A DNA stretch of 64,000 nucleotides from Verrucomicrobiota bacterium (GCA_016195385.1 JACPZS010000068.1:3919-67918), one strand, 5' to 3'; shown: positions 1-13,316, counted from the stretch's first letter. Numbers and translations: made by a program. The notes: generated from the letters alone by a model not told the origin.

Positions 1-1589
1 TTCGTCGCGCCGCCGATCGACTGCCCATTGAAAAGCCACTGATAAGTCAACGGAGGCGTGCCGGATGTGGCGGCGACGAGATCCGCGCCTCCGCACGGCG
101 CCACACTTTGACTGAACGGTTGCAAAGTAATTACCGGCGGCAAAATCGGCTCCACTACTTCAAATGTCACCACTGTTGAAATCGCGCGTGCGCCCAAATC
201 ATCCGTAGCTGCAGCCGTAAGTGTGTAAGTGCCCGTGGCCAAATTCGTGAGGGAAATTTCAAACGGCGCGTTCGTGACCTCCGCCAGCTTCGTGTTACCC
301 AGATAGAATTCTACCAAAGCAACGCGGCCATCAAGGTCCGTCGCGCTGACCGCGAACAAAACGGTTGCGGGTTCGACGAAGCGCGCTTGATTTGTCGGGT
401 TGGTCACCGTGACGGCTGGCGGTTGGTTGGATAAGGAAAGATTCGCGGTGTGGCCGTTGTCGTGCCGGAACATCGGCCACGGACTTTGAGCCAAACCGGC
501 GAGGCCGCGGAGCGCGTAGAGTTGCGCGTCGAACGAACCAACGTAAACCTCGCCAGCCGCGCTTACACTCGGCGACGAAAGGATGCCGTTGCCCGTCGTG
601 AACTGCCAGAGTTCCACGCCGTCGCTGCCAAGGGCATGAAGTTTCTTGTCGTGCGAGCCAAAATAGATCGTGCCGTTCGCCGCGATGGCGGGCGACGAGA
701 AAATCAAACTGCCTGCCACGAATTCCCATTTTTTCGAGCCGTCCGGATTGAGCGCGTAAAACTTCTTGTCCGAAGCGCCAAAGTAAATCGTTCCGTCCGC
801 GCCGATGGCGGGCGAGGACGCGATGACATTGCCGGCGGCGAACTCCCAGCGCTTCGAGCCGTCAGGATTGAGCGCGTAGAATTTCTTGTCGCTCGAACCA
901 AAGTAAATTACGCCGTCCGCGCCGATGGCCGGCGAGGATTGAATCGTCCCCCCGGTGTCGAAGTGCCAGCGCTCCACGCCGTCCGGGCCGAGTGCGCGCA
1001 GTTTGCCGTCAAAGGAGCCGAAGTAAATTGCGCGGTTCGCGGCGACGACGGGCGAAGAGTAGATCGCGTCGCTCGCGGCGAACTCCCATTGTTTGCTGCC
1101 GTCTGGACGCAGCGCATACAGCTTCGCATCGTAGCTGCCAAAATAAATCGAGCCGTCCGCCGCGAGCGCAGGCGAAGAAACGATCCCGAGCGGCGTCACG
1201 AATTCCCAGCGCTTCGAGCCGTCGGGCCGCAGCGCGTACAGCGTGCCCGGAGTCGTCACGTCCCCGGCGCTGAAGTCACCCGCGCCGAAATAGATCGTGC
1301 CGTCCGCGCCAATCGCGGGCGAAGAATGGACGACATCCCCGGCGGCGAACGACCACTTCTTCGTGCCGTCCGGGTTCACCGCATAAAAATTCTGATCGGT
1401 CGAACCGAAATAAACCGTGCCGTCGGCTCCAATCGCTGGCGACGAACGAATCGGGCCGCCGGTCGCGAACGCCCAGATCATTTCCCCCGTCGCGCCGGCA
1501 TTGCCGGGTTGACCGAACACGTTTTCGGTCAAACCCAAAGCCGTTCGAAAAAGAAAAATTATCACCAGTCGCGAGAGGGTTGTTTTCAT
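1..1589 (-). CDS. Secreted PQQ-like beta-propeller repeat protein with C-terminal bacterial Ig-like domains. Partial: the 3' end runs off the window start.
   Basis: The ATG at complement(1587..1589) opens MKTTLSRLVIIFLFRTALG (signal peptide). It is followed by many ~40-aa repeats of the form SSPAIGADGTIYFGS.D..LYAL..DGS.KWEF, which is the PQQ/BamB-like propeller pattern, and then a PWPMFRHDNGHTA motif and Ig-like repeats. The frame stays open to position 1. It is missing from the ORF track because there is no stop within the window. Confidence 0.7.
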   Translation of the reverse strand, partial: MKTTLSRLVIIFLFRTALGLTENVFGQPGNAGATGEMIWAFATGGPIRSSPAIGADGTVYFGSTDQNFYAVNPDGTKKWSFAAGDVVHSSPAIGADGTIYFGAGDFSAGDVTTPGTLYALRPDGSKRWEFVTPLGIVSSPALAADGSIYFGSYDAKLYALRPDGSKQWEFAASDAIYSSPVVAANRAIYFGSFDGKLRALGPDGVERWHFDTGGTIQSSPAIGADGVIYFGSSDKKFYALNPDGSKRWEFAAGNVIASSPAIGADGTIYFGASDKKFYALNPDGSKKWEFVAGSLIFSSPAIAANGTIYFGSHDKKLHALGSDGVELWQFTTGNGILSSPSVSAAGEVYVGSFDAQLYALRGLAGLAQSPWPMFRHDNGHTANLSLSNQPPAVTVTNPTNQARFVEPATVLFAVSATDLDGRVALVEFYLGNTKLAEVTNAPFEISLTNLATGTYTLTAAATDDLGARAISTVVTFEVVEPILPPVITLQPFSQSVAPCGGADLVAATSGTPPLTYQWLFNGQSIGGAT

Positions 1590-1725
1590 GTTCGACGCCG
1601 GCACCGGACGCGCGCTGCCAGCGGGGCATACTTCGCGATGTTACGGGATGGACTGCAATAGAAATGTGCGCCGTGGCGGACGCCGCGGGAGAAAATTCGC
1701 TCGCGTCCCGCGCGCCATTTGTTAA

Positions 1726-2652
1726 GTGAAGAGCATGAAATCACACACCAATTTTGCACGTCTGGCGAAGTTTGCCAGCGCGTGTGTCGCGGTTTTGCTG
1801 ACGCTGAGTCTGGAGGGAGCCACCGTGACGCTCAAGCCCATGGCGGACACGACGCTGTTCGAATCTTCGGCCGACAACAATCTTGGCGCTTCGCGGGATC
1901 TGGCCGCCGGCACGACGGCGAACGGGAAAAAGTCGCGCGCCTTGATCAAGTTCGATCTGACCCGTGCCGTACCAACCAATGCGACGATTTCGTCGGCGAC
2001 GCTGGCGGTCACGGTCGTCCGCACGCCGGGCAACGGCGGCGTTGGTTCCGTTTTCGATCTGCGACGAGTCTTGCGGGATTGGGCCGAAGGAACGCACGGT
2101 GCTTCCGGCGGCAGCGGCACGGCGGCGGCGGCAAACGAGACGACATGGAACGCCAGATTTTTCCCGGCGACACTCTGGAGCCAGCCCGGTGGCGCACTCG
2201 GTGTGGATTTTTCCACGACCGTGAGCGCTTCGCTGGCGATGGCGGGCACCAAGACTTATTCTTTCAAATCGACTCCCGCGCTGGTCGTCGACGTGCAGGC
2301 TTGGGTGAACGATCCCGCCGCGAACTTCGGCTGGGTGCTGCTGAGCGAGTCGGAAAATATGATCGAGACAGCGCGCCGGTTTGCTTCCCGGGAAAATGCC
2401 ACACAAGCGCCGACGTTGGTGATTGATTACGCGTTGGCGGCGGCGCCCATCCAGATGGCCGGCATGACGCTGTCGAATTCCGTGGCCACCATTTCCTGGA
2501 CCGGCGGCGCTCCGCCATTTCAATTGCAGCAGAAGACGACCATGAGCGACACGAACTGGCTCGATATCGGCGCTCCGTTGGCGACCAACCTGGCAAAAAT
2601 CAACGTGAGCGGAAGTCAGTCCTTCTTTCGCGTCCGGCAGGCGACGCCTTGA
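1726..2652 (+). CDS. Secreted hypothetical protein ending in a C-terminal module ...SFFRVRQATP
   Basis: The N-terminus has a signal peptide (KFASACVAVLLTLSLEG). The C-terminal ~55 aa are shared with three other secreted proteins in this window (see findings). Confidence 0.6.
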   Translation: MKSMKSHTNFARLAKFASACVAVLLTLSLEGATVTLKPMADTTLFESSADNNLGASRDLAAGTTANGKKSRALIKFDLTRAVPTNATISSATLAVTVVRTPGNGGVGSVFDLRRVLRDWAEGTHGASGGSGTAAAANETTWNARFFPATLWSQPGGALGVDFSTTVSASLAMAGTKTYSFKSTPALVVDVQAWVNDPAANFGWVLLSESENMIETARRFASRENATQAPTLVIDYALAAAPIQMAGMTLSNSVATISWTGGAPPFQLQQKTTMSDTNWLDIGAPLATNLAKINVSGSQSFFRVRQATP

Positions 2653-2698
2653 GCGCAATTCGCTCTGAGCATCGCACAACTCAAGGGAACGTGAATCG

Positions 2699-3619
2699 AT
2701 GAGAAAACAATTTTCGTTTTTAGCTTTTCTCTCTTTCGCTTGGATATGCGCTTTGGTGAGCCAACCGCAGGCGCTACGCGCTCAACACGGCTCTAGTTCC
2801 ATCACGAATCAACCGCCGTCCGTCTCCATTATTTTTCCACCACCTGATGTAATTTTTGGCGGGGCTAGAGTGCGTGTTCGTGCGCGCGCATGGGATCCTG
2901 ACGGTACGGTGGCTGCCGTTCAATTCTACGCCGACGGTCAACTCATTGGCGTCGTTACCAACGAGCCATTCAATTTGGTATGGTTCTTCAATGGTGAGGC
3001 TACTAGCTTGGCGATACTCACTGCCGTTGCTGTGGACAACTTGGGTGTTACGAATACGTCTTCGGGAGTCCGTCTCTTTGGCGTGCAACCGTCACAAGAT
3101 ACTATATTCCGTATTGTAGCCCCCAATGATCCAAAGAAGAACGTCAATGACAGTATCGTGTTGCCGGCAAAGGTCGATATTCTCTTTTCCGCTCGCTTGG
3201 CGACTAGCACCGGGCGAGGTGAGGCAGCCCGCTTTTTCATCGACAACAACTTCGTCGCGGTCGTTGGTGATCCGCCATACCAGATTACCGTAACCAACTT
3301 ATCGGATGGGCCCCATCGCTTGGTGGTTGACACGGAAAATAGTTTTAACCTACCCAATTTTTCGAGTTATGGAGACGGACGGAACATCACGATTGTTCCC
3401 TTGCTAATCCAGCAGGCGCTTACAGACACGAATCACAGTTTTTCGTTCCTCGCCGCTGGCCGCGTGGCGGGCAAGGCGACGGTTATCGAGGCGTCCACGA
3501 ATTTGGTTACGTGGCAGCCTATCGCAACAAACCTCACGAGCACGAATTCTTTCCTGTTCACCGACCCGCAAGCCACCAACTTCTCGCGCCGCTTTTACCG
3601 TGCTTCGTTCACGCAGTAA
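2699..3619 (+). CDS. Secreted protein with tandem Ig-like domains, in a lower-G+C gene
   Basis: Signal peptide MRKQFSFLAFLSFAWICALVS. Repeated PP.VSI..P..GA-type Ig-like segments. C-terminal tail ...NFSRRFYRASFTQ. The gene is visibly more AT-rich than its neighbours. Confidence 0.6.
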   Translation: MRKQFSFLAFLSFAWICALVSQPQALRAQHGSSSITNQPPSVSIIFPPPDVIFGGARVRVRARAWDPDGTVAAVQFYADGQLIGVVTNEPFNLVWFFNGEATSLAILTAVAVDNLGVTNTSSGVRLFGVQPSQDTIFRIVAPNDPKKNVNDSIVLPAKVDILFSARLATSTGRGEAARFFIDNNFVAVVGDPPYQITVTNLSDGPHRLVVDTENSFNLPNFSSYGDGRNITIVPLLIQQALTDTNHSFSFLAAGRVAGKATVIEASTNLVTWQPIATNLTSTNSFLFTDPQATNFSRRFYRASFTQ

Positions 3620-3631
3620 TCCTGTGCGGCT

Positions 3632-4411
3632 GTGGTTGCGCTCCTTGGCCGGGGTCGCTTATCGCAACACACGGTTGACGATGCCGCCCGGCAGAACGGT
3701 TCATGGAATTCCCGCTTGCCTGCCGCGCGCGAACCAAGGGATTTTGCATCCGTGCGGTTGAAGAAATGGGTGAAGCTGCTGGTCGGTGTCCTCCTGCTGC
3801 CAGTGTGCATTGGAGCGGGACTCGCCTTGTTGCGGGTGGTGCGCGCGACGGGCGCGGCGCACACGTTCTGGGTCGCGTTCCTTGCTGGCGCGGCGTGCTG
3901 GTTGACGATTTTCCTGCTGCTGCCGCGGCCGATGCTCGCCTACGTGTTCGGGCATGAACTGACCCATGCGTTGTGGGCTTGGGCGTGTGGCGGCCAAGTG
4001 AAGAAGTTCCAGGCTTCGTCGAAGGGCGGTCACGTCATCCTCACGAAATCAAATTTCCTGATCGCGCTCGCGCCGTATTTTTTTCCAGTGTACGCGGTGC
4101 TGGTGACACTGCTTTATCTCGGCGGCGGTCTGATCTGGAACTGGCAGGCTTACCGCGCGATCTTCCATTTGTTCCTCGGCGCGGCTTACGCGTTTCACCT
4201 CACGTTGACGTGGCATATTTTGCGAACCGAGCAAACGGATATTACCGAACAAGGTTTGATTTTCTCCGCCGTGGTGATCTGGATTGGGAATCTGCTCGTC
4301 CTGCTCATTGGAATTCCGTTGTTCACGGCGCAGGTGCGTTTGCTGGACGCGCTGGCGTGGTGGCTGGAAGGAACGGCGCGCGTCATCCACTGGCTGGCGC
4401 GAATCTTCTAA
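3632..4411 (+). CDS. Membrane protein with an HExxH motif (DUF3267-like putative zinc metallopeptidase)
   Basis: Multiple TM helices plus YVFGHELTHALWAW. The true start is uncertain; it could be the internal GTG before KKWVKLLVGVLLL. Confidence 0.5.
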   Translation: MVALLGRGRLSQHTVDDAARQNGSWNSRLPAAREPRDFASVRLKKWVKLLVGVLLLPVCIGAGLALLRVVRATGAAHTFWVAFLAGAACWLTIFLLLPRPMLAYVFGHELTHALWAWACGGQVKKFQASSKGGHVILTKSNFLIALAPYFFPVYAVLVTLLYLGGGLIWNWQAYRAIFHLFLGAAYAFHLTLTWHILRTEQTDITEQGLIFSAVVIWIGNLLVLLIGIPLFTAQVRLLDALAWWLEGTARVIHWLARIF

Positions 4412-5370
4412 TTGCGGGCCGGGCGATCTGGCCGGCGGCATTTGAAAAGAGTGGGGCGGATGTCGCCGGGATAACGGATGCGGCTCAGACCGTTGTTGTC
4501 CGTGGCCAGCCAGATGAACTCGCGATCCACGGCCAGGCCTTCCATCACGCCGACGAGCGGATAGCGCGTGCGGTAAGCGGCTTCTTTGTCGTTTTCGAGT
4601 TCGCGGAAATTGAACTCCGCCAGCACACGATGTGTCGCCGGCTCGATTTGCAGCACGAGGCGGCTTTCGCGCAGCAGGGCGTAGAGCGAGCCATCGAAGA
4701 AGCACAGATCGGAGTAATGCACATCCCAGCCGTCCACGCCGTGGGGAAAAGCCACGAAGTCGTCGATTACTTTGAGGCTCGTGAGATCGACCACAATGAT
4801 GCGGCCAAGGCTGCGCTCGTTGGCGACGTAAAGCTTGTCGTGTCCCACTGCGATGCCTTCAAACGACGCGTTGCGATCGCGGCCGAAATATTTTTTGACC
4901 GGCGACCAGTCGATGTTCAGCCGTTCGACGGAATTCTTCTTCGGGTCCCAGCGAAGTATCCAGCGATTGCCTTCCTCGCAAATGTAAACCCGCCCGGCGT
5001 CATCCTGCGCGATGCCTTCGCAATCCAGATACGTGCCGGGCGCGACGCCCAGGCGCGTCAGTTGCGGCGCGGTGAATGCGTTGGTGAGCAGGACGAGATT
5101 GGCGCCCGTGCCGCGCTCCTGAAACTCGATGCGGTAGAGTGATGGGCCGCGATCATTGATCGTGAGCAAACCGAAGTTCGTGGTGAGCAAAAGGCCCGAA
5201 GCATCGAAACGTTCGCCGCGCGGGGTGTTCAATTGCCAGGTTTGTTCGGCCTTCAAATCGTAGCGATGCCAGTCGTTGGCATTGACGGGGGAAGAAGTAG
5301 TGGCGCAATTCGAGGTCAGGCAAACCGCGCCCAGGATGATCGCGTGTCGTAGCGTGGATAAAAATGTCAC
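4408..5370 (-). CDS. Secreted SdiA-regulated/phytase-like (YjiK-type) beta-propeller protein
   Basis: The probable start is GTG at complement(5368..5370), giving VTFLSTLRHAIILGAVCLTS (signal peptide). The long 521-aa track ORF runs antisense into the gntP-like gene, so I trimmed it. Motifs FEGIAVGHDKLYVANE and MEGLAVD..IWLATDNNG fit the family. Confidence 0.5.
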   Translation of the reverse strand: MTFLSTLRHAIILGAVCLTSNCATTSSPVNANDWHRYDLKAEQTWQLNTPRGERFDASGLLLTTNFGLLTINDRGPSLYRIEFQERGTGANLVLLTNAFTAPQLTRLGVAPGTYLDCEGIAQDDAGRVYICEEGNRWILRWDPKKNSVERLNIDWSPVKKYFGRDRNASFEGIAVGHDKLYVANERSLGRIIVVDLTSLKVIDDFVAFPHGVDGWDVHYSDLCFFDGSLYALLRESRLVLQIEPATHRVLAEFNFRELENDKEAAYRTRYPLVGVMEGLAVDREFIWLATDNNGLSRIRYPGDIRPTLFKCRRPDRPARN

Positions 5371-5475
5371 GCGAGACTTGTAACAGCAAAGTTTCAGGAA
5401 ACAAGCCCGGCTGACTTTGCCGTGAATTGGCGATTGAACCCGTTGTGGCGCTTCGTCATTCTCCGTCCGCAACCC

Positions 5476-6828
5476 ATGCTCGCCGAACTGACGCATAACC
5501 AAAGCCTCCTGCTTTACACCGTTCTCGCCATTGCGGGGCTGGTGCTGCTCATCGCGCGCTGCAAAGTCCACGCGTTTGTCGCGCTCATCCTCGCTTCGAT
5601 TTTCGTCGGACTGTGCGCCGGCATGAGGCTGACGGACGTGGCGAAAGGATTTCAAGACGGCGTCGCGGCGATGCTGGGCACCATCGCGATCGTGGTTGGA
5701 CTCGGCACGATTCTGGGAAAACTCCTGGCGGAGTCCGGTGGCGCGGAGGTCGTTGCCAGCACGTTCATCCGCGCGCTGGGTGAACGCCGCCTGCACTGGA
5801 CGATGATGCTCGTGGCGTTCATCGTCGGTCTGCCGGTTTTTTTTGGCGTCGGTCTGGTGCTGCTTTTTCCGGTGCTGCTGACGGTGGCGCGCGAAACCAA
5901 AATTCCGCTTTTGCACCTCGGCATTCCGATGGTCGCGGGTCTCGCGGTCGCGCATGGGTTCGTGCCGCCGCATCCGGGGCCGATGGCGGCCATCGGCTTG
6001 TTGAAAGCGGACGCGGGCAAAACAATTTTTTATTCCCTTCTCGTCGGATTTCCCACCGCCATCATCGCCGGGCCGCTGCTCGGAACCTGGCTGGCCCGCG
6101 GCGAGCAGGTCGAGTTGAGCGCGCTGGCGGGGCAGTTGAAATCAAGCTCGGAGCGCAAGACGGCGCCTGGATTCGCGCTGACACTGTTCACGATCTTGCT
6201 GCCGGTCATGCTCATGATGCTCGCGAGCGCGGCGGATGTGCGTTTGCGCGAGCAGAGCACGTTACGTGAGTGGCTGGATTTTCTCGGCAGCCCGCTGGTG
6301 GCGATGTTGATCACGGTTTTATTTTCGTTTTATTCGTTCGGTTTCGCGCGCGGTTTCACGGCGGCGCAAGTGCTCAAGTTCAGTGAGGATTGTCTCGCGC
6401 CAGCCGCGAACATCCTGCTCGTGGTCGGCGCCGGCGGGGGCTTCAACAAAATTCTAGTCTTGAGCGGCGTCGGCAACGCCATCGCCGCTTACGCGCAGGA
6501 CGCGCACATTTCACCGCTGCTGCTCGGCTGGATGGTGGCGGCGTCCATTCGCCTGGCTGTGGGTTCGGCGACCGCGGCAATCAGCGCGGCTGTCGGCATC
6601 ATGGCGCCGATCGCGGATGCGCTGCCGGGGACGAATCGCGAATTGCTCGTGCTCGCGATGGGGGCCGGTTCGTCGTTTTTTTCGCATCTCAGCGACGGCG
6701 GGTTTTGGTTTGTGAAGGAGTATTTCAACCTGACCGTGCCGCAGACGCTGCGAACGTGGTCGGTGATGACTACGATTATTTCCGTGTTCGGTTTGCTTTT
6801 TGTGATGCTGTTGGCGCGCTGGGTTTGA
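5476..6828 (+). CDS. GntP-family gluconate:H+ symporter-like permease
   Basis: About 12 TM helices with GntP-like N- and C-termini (ILASIFVGLCAGM...GFNKIL...GSSFFSHLSDGGFWFVKEYF). I chose the start at MLAELT; the track ORF begins 54 nt earlier. Confidence 0.8.
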   Translation: MLAELTHNQSLLLYTVLAIAGLVLLIARCKVHAFVALILASIFVGLCAGMRLTDVAKGFQDGVAAMLGTIAIVVGLGTILGKLLAESGGAEVVASTFIRALGERRLHWTMMLVAFIVGLPVFFGVGLVLLFPVLLTVARETKIPLLHLGIPMVAGLAVAHGFVPPHPGPMAAIGLLKADAGKTIFYSLLVGFPTAIIAGPLLGTWLARGEQVELSALAGQLKSSSERKTAPGFALTLFTILLPVMLMMLASAADVRLREQSTLREWLDFLGSPLVAMLITVLFSFYSFGFARGFTAAQVLKFSEDCLAPAANILLVVGAGGGFNKILVLSGVGNAIAAYAQDAHISPLLLGWMVAASIRLAVGSATAAISAAVGIMAPIADALPGTNRELLVLAMGAGSSFFSHLSDGGFWFVKEYFNLTVPQTLRTWSVMTTIISVFGLLFVMLLARWV

Positions 6829-6935
6829 GCACGTTCAAGCTGACAGCGCGCTCGATTTGAATTTGCCACAATGGCGGCGCTGGAATAAACAACCGTCATC
6901 GAATAGCTCATGAAATCCAACTTCGTCCAGCGACC

Positions 6936-8090
6936 ATGAACACTGCCACGCCTGAAGCCGCCGTGCGTGCGCGTTACGCCGCTGCCGCCAAAAAATCCGA
7001 AGCCGCCCTGTGTTGTCCGGTCAGCTACAACGCCGACTTGCTGAAAGTCATCCCGGCCGAAGTCATCGAAAAGGATTACGGCTGCGGCGATCCGAGCAAA
7101 CACCTGCGTGTTGGCGAAACCGTGCTCGATCTCGGCAGCGGCACGGGAAAAATTTGTTTCATCGCCGCACAAGTCGTCGGGCCGGAAGGCCGCGTCATCG
7201 GCATCGACATGACGGACAACATGCTCGAAGTCGCGCGCCGCAATGCACCCGTCGTTGCGCAACGGCTCGGCTACGCGAACGTCGAGTTCCGCAAGGGACG
7301 CATCCAGGATCTCGCGCTTGATCTGGAAGTGTTGGACCGTGAACTCAAGGCGCGTCCGATCACCGACGCAAATTCGTTTCTCGCCGCGGACGAACTCGCC
7401 CGCGATCTGCGTGTGCGTCAGCCGTTGGTAGCGGAGGATTCGGTCGATGTAGTGGTCTCGAATTGCGTGCTCAATCTCGTCGAACCGGATGCCAAGCGAC
7501 AGTTGTTCGGTGAAATTTTTCGCGTGCTCAAAAAAGGCGGCCGCGCCGTGATTTCCGACATCGTTAGTGACGAAGACGTGCCGGTTGAAATGCAACGTGA
7601 CGCAGAGTTGTGGAGCGGCTGTATCGCCGGCGCGCTGCGCGAAGATTCGTTTCTCCACGCGTTTGAAGTTGCGGGATTTTACGGCATCCGCATTTTGGAA
7701 CGCGGCGAGAAAGCTTGGTCAACCGTGCGCGGGATTGAATTTCGCAGCGTGACCGTCGAAGCCTTCAAAGGCAAACAAGGCCCGTGCTTCGAGCGCAACC
7801 AAGCGGTCATTTACAAAGGACCGTTCAAGGAAATCCTCGACGATGACGGGCATCGCCTGGAACGTGGTCTGCGCTACGCCGTTTGCGACAAGACTTTTCA
7901 ACTCTATCGCCAGGCACCATATCGCGAGTGCTTCGAGTTTGTGGAACCTATCGAGCCGTTTGCCTTGTCGGAGGCTAGACCCTTCGACTGCTCCGGAATG
8001 CGCTTGCGTCATCCCCAGGAAACGAAAGGCCAGGGCTATCGTGCAAACACAGTGCCGAGCCAATGCTGCGATGGCGGTCAGTGTGGGTGA
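6936..8090 (+). CDS. arsM: Arsenite S-adenosylmethionine methyltransferase
   Basis: The CCPVSYNADLLKVIPAEVIEKDYGCGDPS motif with conserved Cys residues, an LDLGSGTGKICFIAA SAM-binding motif, and a Cys-rich C-terminus. Confidence 0.85.
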   Translation: MNTATPEAAVRARYAAAAKKSEAALCCPVSYNADLLKVIPAEVIEKDYGCGDPSKHLRVGETVLDLGSGTGKICFIAAQVVGPEGRVIGIDMTDNMLEVARRNAPVVAQRLGYANVEFRKGRIQDLALDLEVLDRELKARPITDANSFLAADELARDLRVRQPLVAEDSVDVVVSNCVLNLVEPDAKRQLFGEIFRVLKKGGRAVISDIVSDEDVPVEMQRDAELWSGCIAGALREDSFLHAFEVAGFYGIRILERGEKAWSTVRGIEFRSVTVEAFKGKQGPCFERNQAVIYKGPFKEILDDDGHRLERGLRYAVCDKTFQLYRQAPYRECFEFVEPIEPFALSEARPFDCSGMRLRHPQETKGQGYRANTVPSQCCDGGQCG

Positions 8091-8365
8091 TGAAGTTCAA
8101 GAAGAACAGCATCTCGAGAATCACGTCCCGTCCGAATCGGCGGCGACAGCAATCCCATTCGCCGCCGCCGCTGCCGGGGTTCTCTTTGGAAGTTGACGGC
8201 GCATCAGCGACGATTCGCCCATTGATGCCTGGCATGGCGAAACCACTCCCATGCGCCAATGAGTTTGAGGTGTTCCAGCGAGTTGGTTTTCAAAATTTGT
8301 TCAGCCTTCGCCAAGCCGCGCTTGGGCGCAGCTTGACTTCGCTGGTAAAAGATTGGTTGTGAATT

Positions 8366-10984
<2,619 letters not shown>

Positions 10985-11024
10985 CTGGCGGTTTCGGTTG
11001 GAACCACTGCCAGATTTCGTTTTC
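10985..11024 (+). terminator. Candidate intrinsic terminator after clpB
   Basis: A CTGGCGGTTTCGGTTGGAACCACTGCCAG stem-loop is followed by the T-rich ATTTCGTTTTCC, directly after the clpB stop. Confidence 0.4.
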
Positions 11025-11054
11025 CGAAAGCTACTAAGGAAACATGCCGGCTAG

Positions 11055-12002
11055 CTATCGCCGGTGTGCCGCGCGCGGGAGTGGATGCAGTTCCAATCGG
11101 CGGAAGTAAATTTCCGAGCCTTCGCACTGCAAAAGAATTTTTCCGCAGCGGGGATACACATCGAGTGCTTCGTTCACCAGTTTGCCATTTACGCGAATCT
11201 GTATTCGGCCTTCGTCACAAAGGCACTCGACGCGAGTCCATTCGCCCCAAAGCGCGTTGTCGATGTCCAGTTGGTTGCGGCGATCGAGCACATCCTTCCA
11301 ATCGGGATCTTTGTGTTGCCAGTTCACGCGGCCCCATCGTTCCAACACTAATCGTTTGCCGCCCGGACTCCAATACGGCCAGCCACCGACGTCACGCAAG
11401 GGTTCGTACTTCCCAGCCGTCATCGCGTAGCCACGAGTTTTGCCATCGACGATGATTGGTTCGCACGTCGGATTAGTTCGCACCAATCCAACCGGCACCG
11501 TCAGTTTGGGTGCGATCAGCGAGCCATCAAAATTTGTTCCGCGAATGAGCAGCAGGTCGCCGACTGCGCCCTGCATGATCTGGCACTCGATGGCCGCCTT
11601 GAACGCGCCTTGGCCATCGTGGCTATTTCCGTCCGGGCCGATGCTGTGGAGAAAAATTCCCGAGTCACGCGTCTTGCCGATGCGGTCGCCCCACGTCCAG
11701 TTTCGTTCACCCCATTTGAACTCGACGCTCAAGCGATAGTTCTGGTACTCGCGTTCCGTGCTCAGATAACCCAACCCATCGCCGGAAACGTGAATCATCC
11801 CGTTGGTCACGGTGAACACGCGGCGCGGATCTTCACGCTTGGTATCGACGAGCCACGTGTAAAAGCCGGACAGATCCTTGCCGTTGAAAAGCTGAATCAC
11901 GCGGTTCGTCGGACTCAGCGGAGCGCTCACATCGCTCGCGAACAATGCGCATGTGCTGACCACCAGAACGGCCCAACAAATGATGAGCTTAACGGAATTC
12001 AT
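11055..12002 (-). CDS. DUF1080 (3-keto-disaccharide hydrolase-like, LamG fold) secreted protein
   Basis: Signal peptide MNSVKLIICWAVLVVSTCALFA. FNGKDLSGFYTW...MIHVSGDGLGYLSTEREYQNYRLSVEFKWGE...GIFLHS is a typical DUF1080 motif. Start moved to the internal ATG (aa 20 of the track ORF). Confidence 0.75.
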   Translation of the reverse strand: MNSVKLIICWAVLVVSTCALFASDVSAPLSPTNRVIQLFNGKDLSGFYTWLVDTKREDPRRVFTVTNGMIHVSGDGLGYLSTEREYQNYRLSVEFKWGERNWTWGDRIGKTRDSGIFLHSIGPDGNSHDGQGAFKAAIECQIMQGAVGDLLLIRGTNFDGSLIAPKLTVPVGLVRTNPTCEPIIVDGKTRGYAMTAGKYEPLRDVGGWPYWSPGGKRLVLERWGRVNWQHKDPDWKDVLDRRNQLDIDNALWGEWTRVECLCDEGRIQIRVNGKLVNEALDVYPRCGKILLQCEGSEIYFRRLELHPLPRAAHRR

Positions 12003-12146
12003 TTCATGAACGTTCTGCGGCAAATCATGGCTGCCGCAATTTCTCAACGCCGACGCCAAGCGCCCAATGCGCGGCAGCTTGACTCGTTCAAACGCAGTTG
12101 CAGTTCTTCTCGCAACAACTCAGCGAGAATTTACCGCGTTCCGAAA

Positions 12147-13316
12147 TTATTTCACCGCGTCCACTGCGGCGAGCACCACCGATCCATCGATGTTTTGACC
12201 GGCCTCGTTCAAAATTTTCACGAGTGCTCCAAGAACTTTTTTCACGTTGGCCCGTGACGACGTTTCACCCATCAGGCCGATGCGCCAGATCTTTCCTTTG
12301 AGTGGCCCGAGGCCGGCGCCGATCTCGATGTCGAAATCCGTCAGCAGTTTTTTGCGGACGACTGCTTCATCGACGCCTTTGGGCACGCTCACGGCGTTGA
12401 GCTGCCAGAGTTGATGGCCTGGCTGCGAGGCGAGTTCGAGGCCCATCACTGCGAGGCCGGCTTTGAGCGCGAGGTGATTTTGCTCGTGGCGACGCCAGCG
12501 ATTTTCCAGACCTTCGACGAGCACGAGTCGGAGCGCTTCGTGCAGCGCGTAGTTCATCGAAATCGGCGCGGTGTGATGATACACGCGCTGCTCGCCCCAG
12601 TATGACGCGAGCAAGTTCACGTCGAGATACCAGCTTTGAACTTTCTTCTGCCGCTTGGTCGCGATAGCGAGCGCGTGCGGACTCAGCGAAACCGGCGACA
12701 ATCCCGGCGGACAACTCAGGCATTTTTGCGTGCCACTATAAACGGCATCGACGTTCCAATCGTCAATACGCACTGGGCAGCCGCCGAGTGACGTCACGGT
12801 GTCGAGGACGAACAACGCGCCCGCCTCGTGCGTCAGTCGTGAAATTTCCTCAACGGGCGTGAGCGCGCCGGTCGAAGTTTCGGCATGAACGACGGCAACG
12901 AGTTTCGGTTTTCGCCCCTTGAGCGCCTCGGCGATCTGCGCTGCTTCGATGATGCGGCCCCACGGAGCCTCGACTTTCGTGACGCGCGCGCCGCAGCGTT
13001 CCGCGACATCGACCATGCGCCCGCCGAACACGCCGTTGACGCCAATGACGACCTCGTCGCCCGGCTCGATGAGATTGACGAAACAGAATTCCATCCCGGC
13101 GCTGCCTGTGCCGCTGACGGGAAAAGTCATTTCATTTTTCGTCAGGAACACGGCGCGGAGCATCGCCTTGATCTCTTCCATCATTTGCACAAACACGGGA
13201 TCAAGATGGCCGAGCAACGGCAGCGAGAGGGCGTGGAGAACGCTGGGCGCGACGTCGCTGGGGCCGGGACCCATCAGCACGCGCGGCGGCGGTTGGAACG
13301 TGGACGGAATTTGCAT
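12147..13316 (-). CDS. Class V aminotransferase (serine-pyruvate/alanine-glyoxylate type)
   Basis: [22 protein letters not shown]... with PLP-family motifs ([12 protein letters not shown]). The 538-aa track ORF is trimmed to the ATG at aa 150, because the upstream part reads as noncoding. Confidence 0.8.
   Translation of the reverse strand: MQIPSTFQPPPRVLMGPGPSDVAPSVLHALSLPLLGHLDPVFVQMMEEIKAMLRAVFLTKNEMTFPVSGTGSAGMEFCFVNLIEPGDEVVIGVNGVFGGRMVDVAERCGARVTKVEAPWGRIIEAAQIAEALKGRKPKLVAVVHAETSTGALTPVEEISRLTHEAGALFVLDTVTSLGGCPVRIDDWNVDAVYSGTQKCLSCPPGLSPVSLSPHALAIATKRQKKVQSWYLDVNLLASYWGEQRVYHHTAPISMNYALHEALRLVLVEGLENRWRRHEQNHLALKAGLAVMGLELASQPGHQLWQLNAVSVPKGVDEAVVRKKLLTDFDIEIGAGLGPLKGKIWRIGLMGETSSRANVKKVLGALVKILNEAGQNIDGSVVLAAVDAVK

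Noticed and set aside
6829-6935. ArsR operator upstream of arsM (partial dyad TTCAAGCTGACAGCGCGCTCGATTTGAA)
   Set aside because: The symmetry is weak and there is no arsR gene in the window, so the call would be speculative.
6489-7658. 389-aa minus-strand ORF overlapping the gntP 3' end and the arsM 5' end
   Set aside because: The translation is low-complexity (R/A/G-rich). It lies antisense to two well-supported genes. This is typical of a shadow ORF in high-G+C DNA.
8091-8365. CIRCE/HAIR or sigma-32 heat-shock promoter elements upstream of clpB
   Set aside because: No TTAGCACTC-N9-GAGTGCTAA, CTTGAGT-N7-ACTCAAG or CTTGAAA...CCCCAT match by eye. A TTGACT hexamer is present, but spacing to any -10-like hexamer is unconvincing.
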